From NCBI GenBank assembly GCA_035448825.1, contig DAOTJS010000004.1, positions 29,339 through 93,338 of the forward strand: a stretch of DNA of 64,000 nt, read 5' to 3'. Position numbers and translations under genes: made by a program. This DNA is from Fidelibacterota bacterium (GTDB lineage Bacteria; Fidelibacterota; UBA2242). The notes beneath the pieces were generated by a model. That model worked only from the letters and a program-made list of their open reading frames with translations, made no database searches and was not told the origin of the DNA. Below, piece by piece: positions 63,173-64,000 of the stretch (its first letter is position 1; every line of letters begins with the position of its first letter).

Positions 63173-64000
63173 TCAATTGATATTCAGAAAACGCGCCACG
63201 ATCGTTTTGCGACCGCAGGAACGAAAATTCACCGTCACGCGCGCATTTTGGCCCACACCGTCAATATTGACCACCTGACCGGTGCCAAAAATTTTATGGG
63301 AAACATAAGTACCGGGCTCGATAGCTCGACCGGTCGTAGGAGTTGTCTCAGTTAAGTTCGAAGTGGTTTCCGACATTGAGATCGGATTGGTTATAACCCG
63401 CTCAAAAGTATTTTTGATCTTCCGATCAGATGAACGACTACCGGTTCGCGGTTGGCGTTTACTGGAAATGACACTTTCCCGAAAATCACAGGTAGTCATC
63501 AATTCCGACGGGATTTCATTGAGAAACATTGATTCCGAGGAGTAGGCGACTTCACCGGCACGCAAACGCTGGTGAGAAGATGATAAAAACACCTTTTCCT
63601 TGGCGCGGGTCAATCCGACATAAAACAAGCGCCGTTCCTCTTCGAGCGCTTCATGAGTCAAATCGCGTTCGAGCGGCAATAAGCCTTGATTTAATCCGCA
63701 GATGAAAACTACAGGAAATTCCAAACCCTTGGCCCCGTGCAAGGTCATCAGCGTTACCGCATTCTTGGTGTCTTCCCATTCGTCAATCGAAGTCGCCAGA
63801 GTAACATTTTCGAGATAAGATTCCAGCGATGGCTTGTCGTTGGTCTGGCAAAATTCCGAAATGTCGTTGAGCAATTCGTCGAGGTTGGCTAACCTTTCGG
63901 TGGCTTCTTCGCCTTCACTTTCTTTGTAATAGTTCCGCAAGCCGATGCTGACGATGACAACCCGCGCCCATTCCTCAAAGGACAATGAATTGCGTAACGA
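63173..64000 (-). CDS. UvrD/PcrA/Rep-family ATP-dependent DNA helicase, C-terminal part (N-terminus beyond window end)
   Basis: Contains LMTLHGAKGLEFPVVFICGL (motif V/VI region), EEERRLFYVGLTRAKEKVFLS, and a C-terminal Tudor-like GTGQVVNIDG. The frame stays open to base 64000, and the track's M is an internal TTG. Confidence 0.88.
   Translation of the reverse strand, partial: SLRNSLSFEEWARVVIVSIGLRNYYKESEGEEATERLANLDELLNDISEFCQTNDKPSLESYLENVTLATSIDEWEDTKNAVTLMTLHGAKGLEFPVVFICGLNQGLLPLERDLTHEALEEERRLFYVGLTRAKEKVFLSSSHQRLRAGEVAYSSESMFLNEIPSELMTTCDFRESVISSKRQPRTGSRSSDRKIKNTFERVITNPISMSETTSNLTETTPTTGRAIEPGTYVSHKIFGTGQVVNIDGVGQNARVTVNFRSCGRKTIVARFLNIN

Overview
A 64-kb chromosomal segment from an AT-rich, probably uncultured bacterium. 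The Por/T9SS-type C-terminal sorting domains (QNYPNPFN...) point to the FCB superphylum; I cannot place it more precisely. Coding density is high, and no rRNA, tRNA or CRISPR array was recognised by eye.

Main blocks:
- 1-12.1 kb: a GT2 glycosyltransferase (edge-truncated), a REC-fused PEP/pyruvate-binding ATP-grasp protein, thioredoxin, gdhA between long AT-rich spacers, and a multi-PAS hybrid histidine kinase with a small accessory gene.
- 12.1-20.7 kb: an accessory-looking segment. A GIY-YIG nuclease gene and two large T9SS-secreted repeat proteins (SBBP-type and LVIVD-type) are interleaved with four clusters of a structured hairpin repeat that has a conserved 11-nt loop and covarying stems. 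The two T9SS genes share near-identical 5' and 3' modules around unrelated cores.
- 21-29.3 kb: two metallopeptidases, liaF-like, pcm, and a nikR / TonB-dependent receptor / methyltransferase unit.
- 29.4-43.4 kb: a 17-gene operon for a group-4 membrane-bound [NiFe] hydrogenase. It has a complete embedded Mrp antiporter module, sulfhydrogenase-beta/gamma-like NAD(P)-binding subunits, a leading orphan receiver gene and a trailing HycI protease.
- 43.6-51 kb: twin hsp20, folB-folK-dNK, rmlD-like, dusB, an M24 peptidase and an isochorismatase.
- 51.8-59.6 kb: a conserved, uncharacterised envelope operon (DUF4159-like, a 1130-aa coiled-coil membrane protein, a TPR protein, a secreted 423-aa protein, yjbQ).
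- 59.6-64 kb: rnhA, an AT-rich islet carrying an orphan protein with a C-terminal HEPN-type Rx4H motif, and the 3' part of a uvrD/pcrA helicase.

The most unusual signals are the GIY-YIG-associated hairpin repeat family with the cassette-like T9SS paralogs, the chimeric hydrogenase architecture, and the HEPN-like orphan. All functional calls rest on motif recognition in the supplied translations; no database search was possible.
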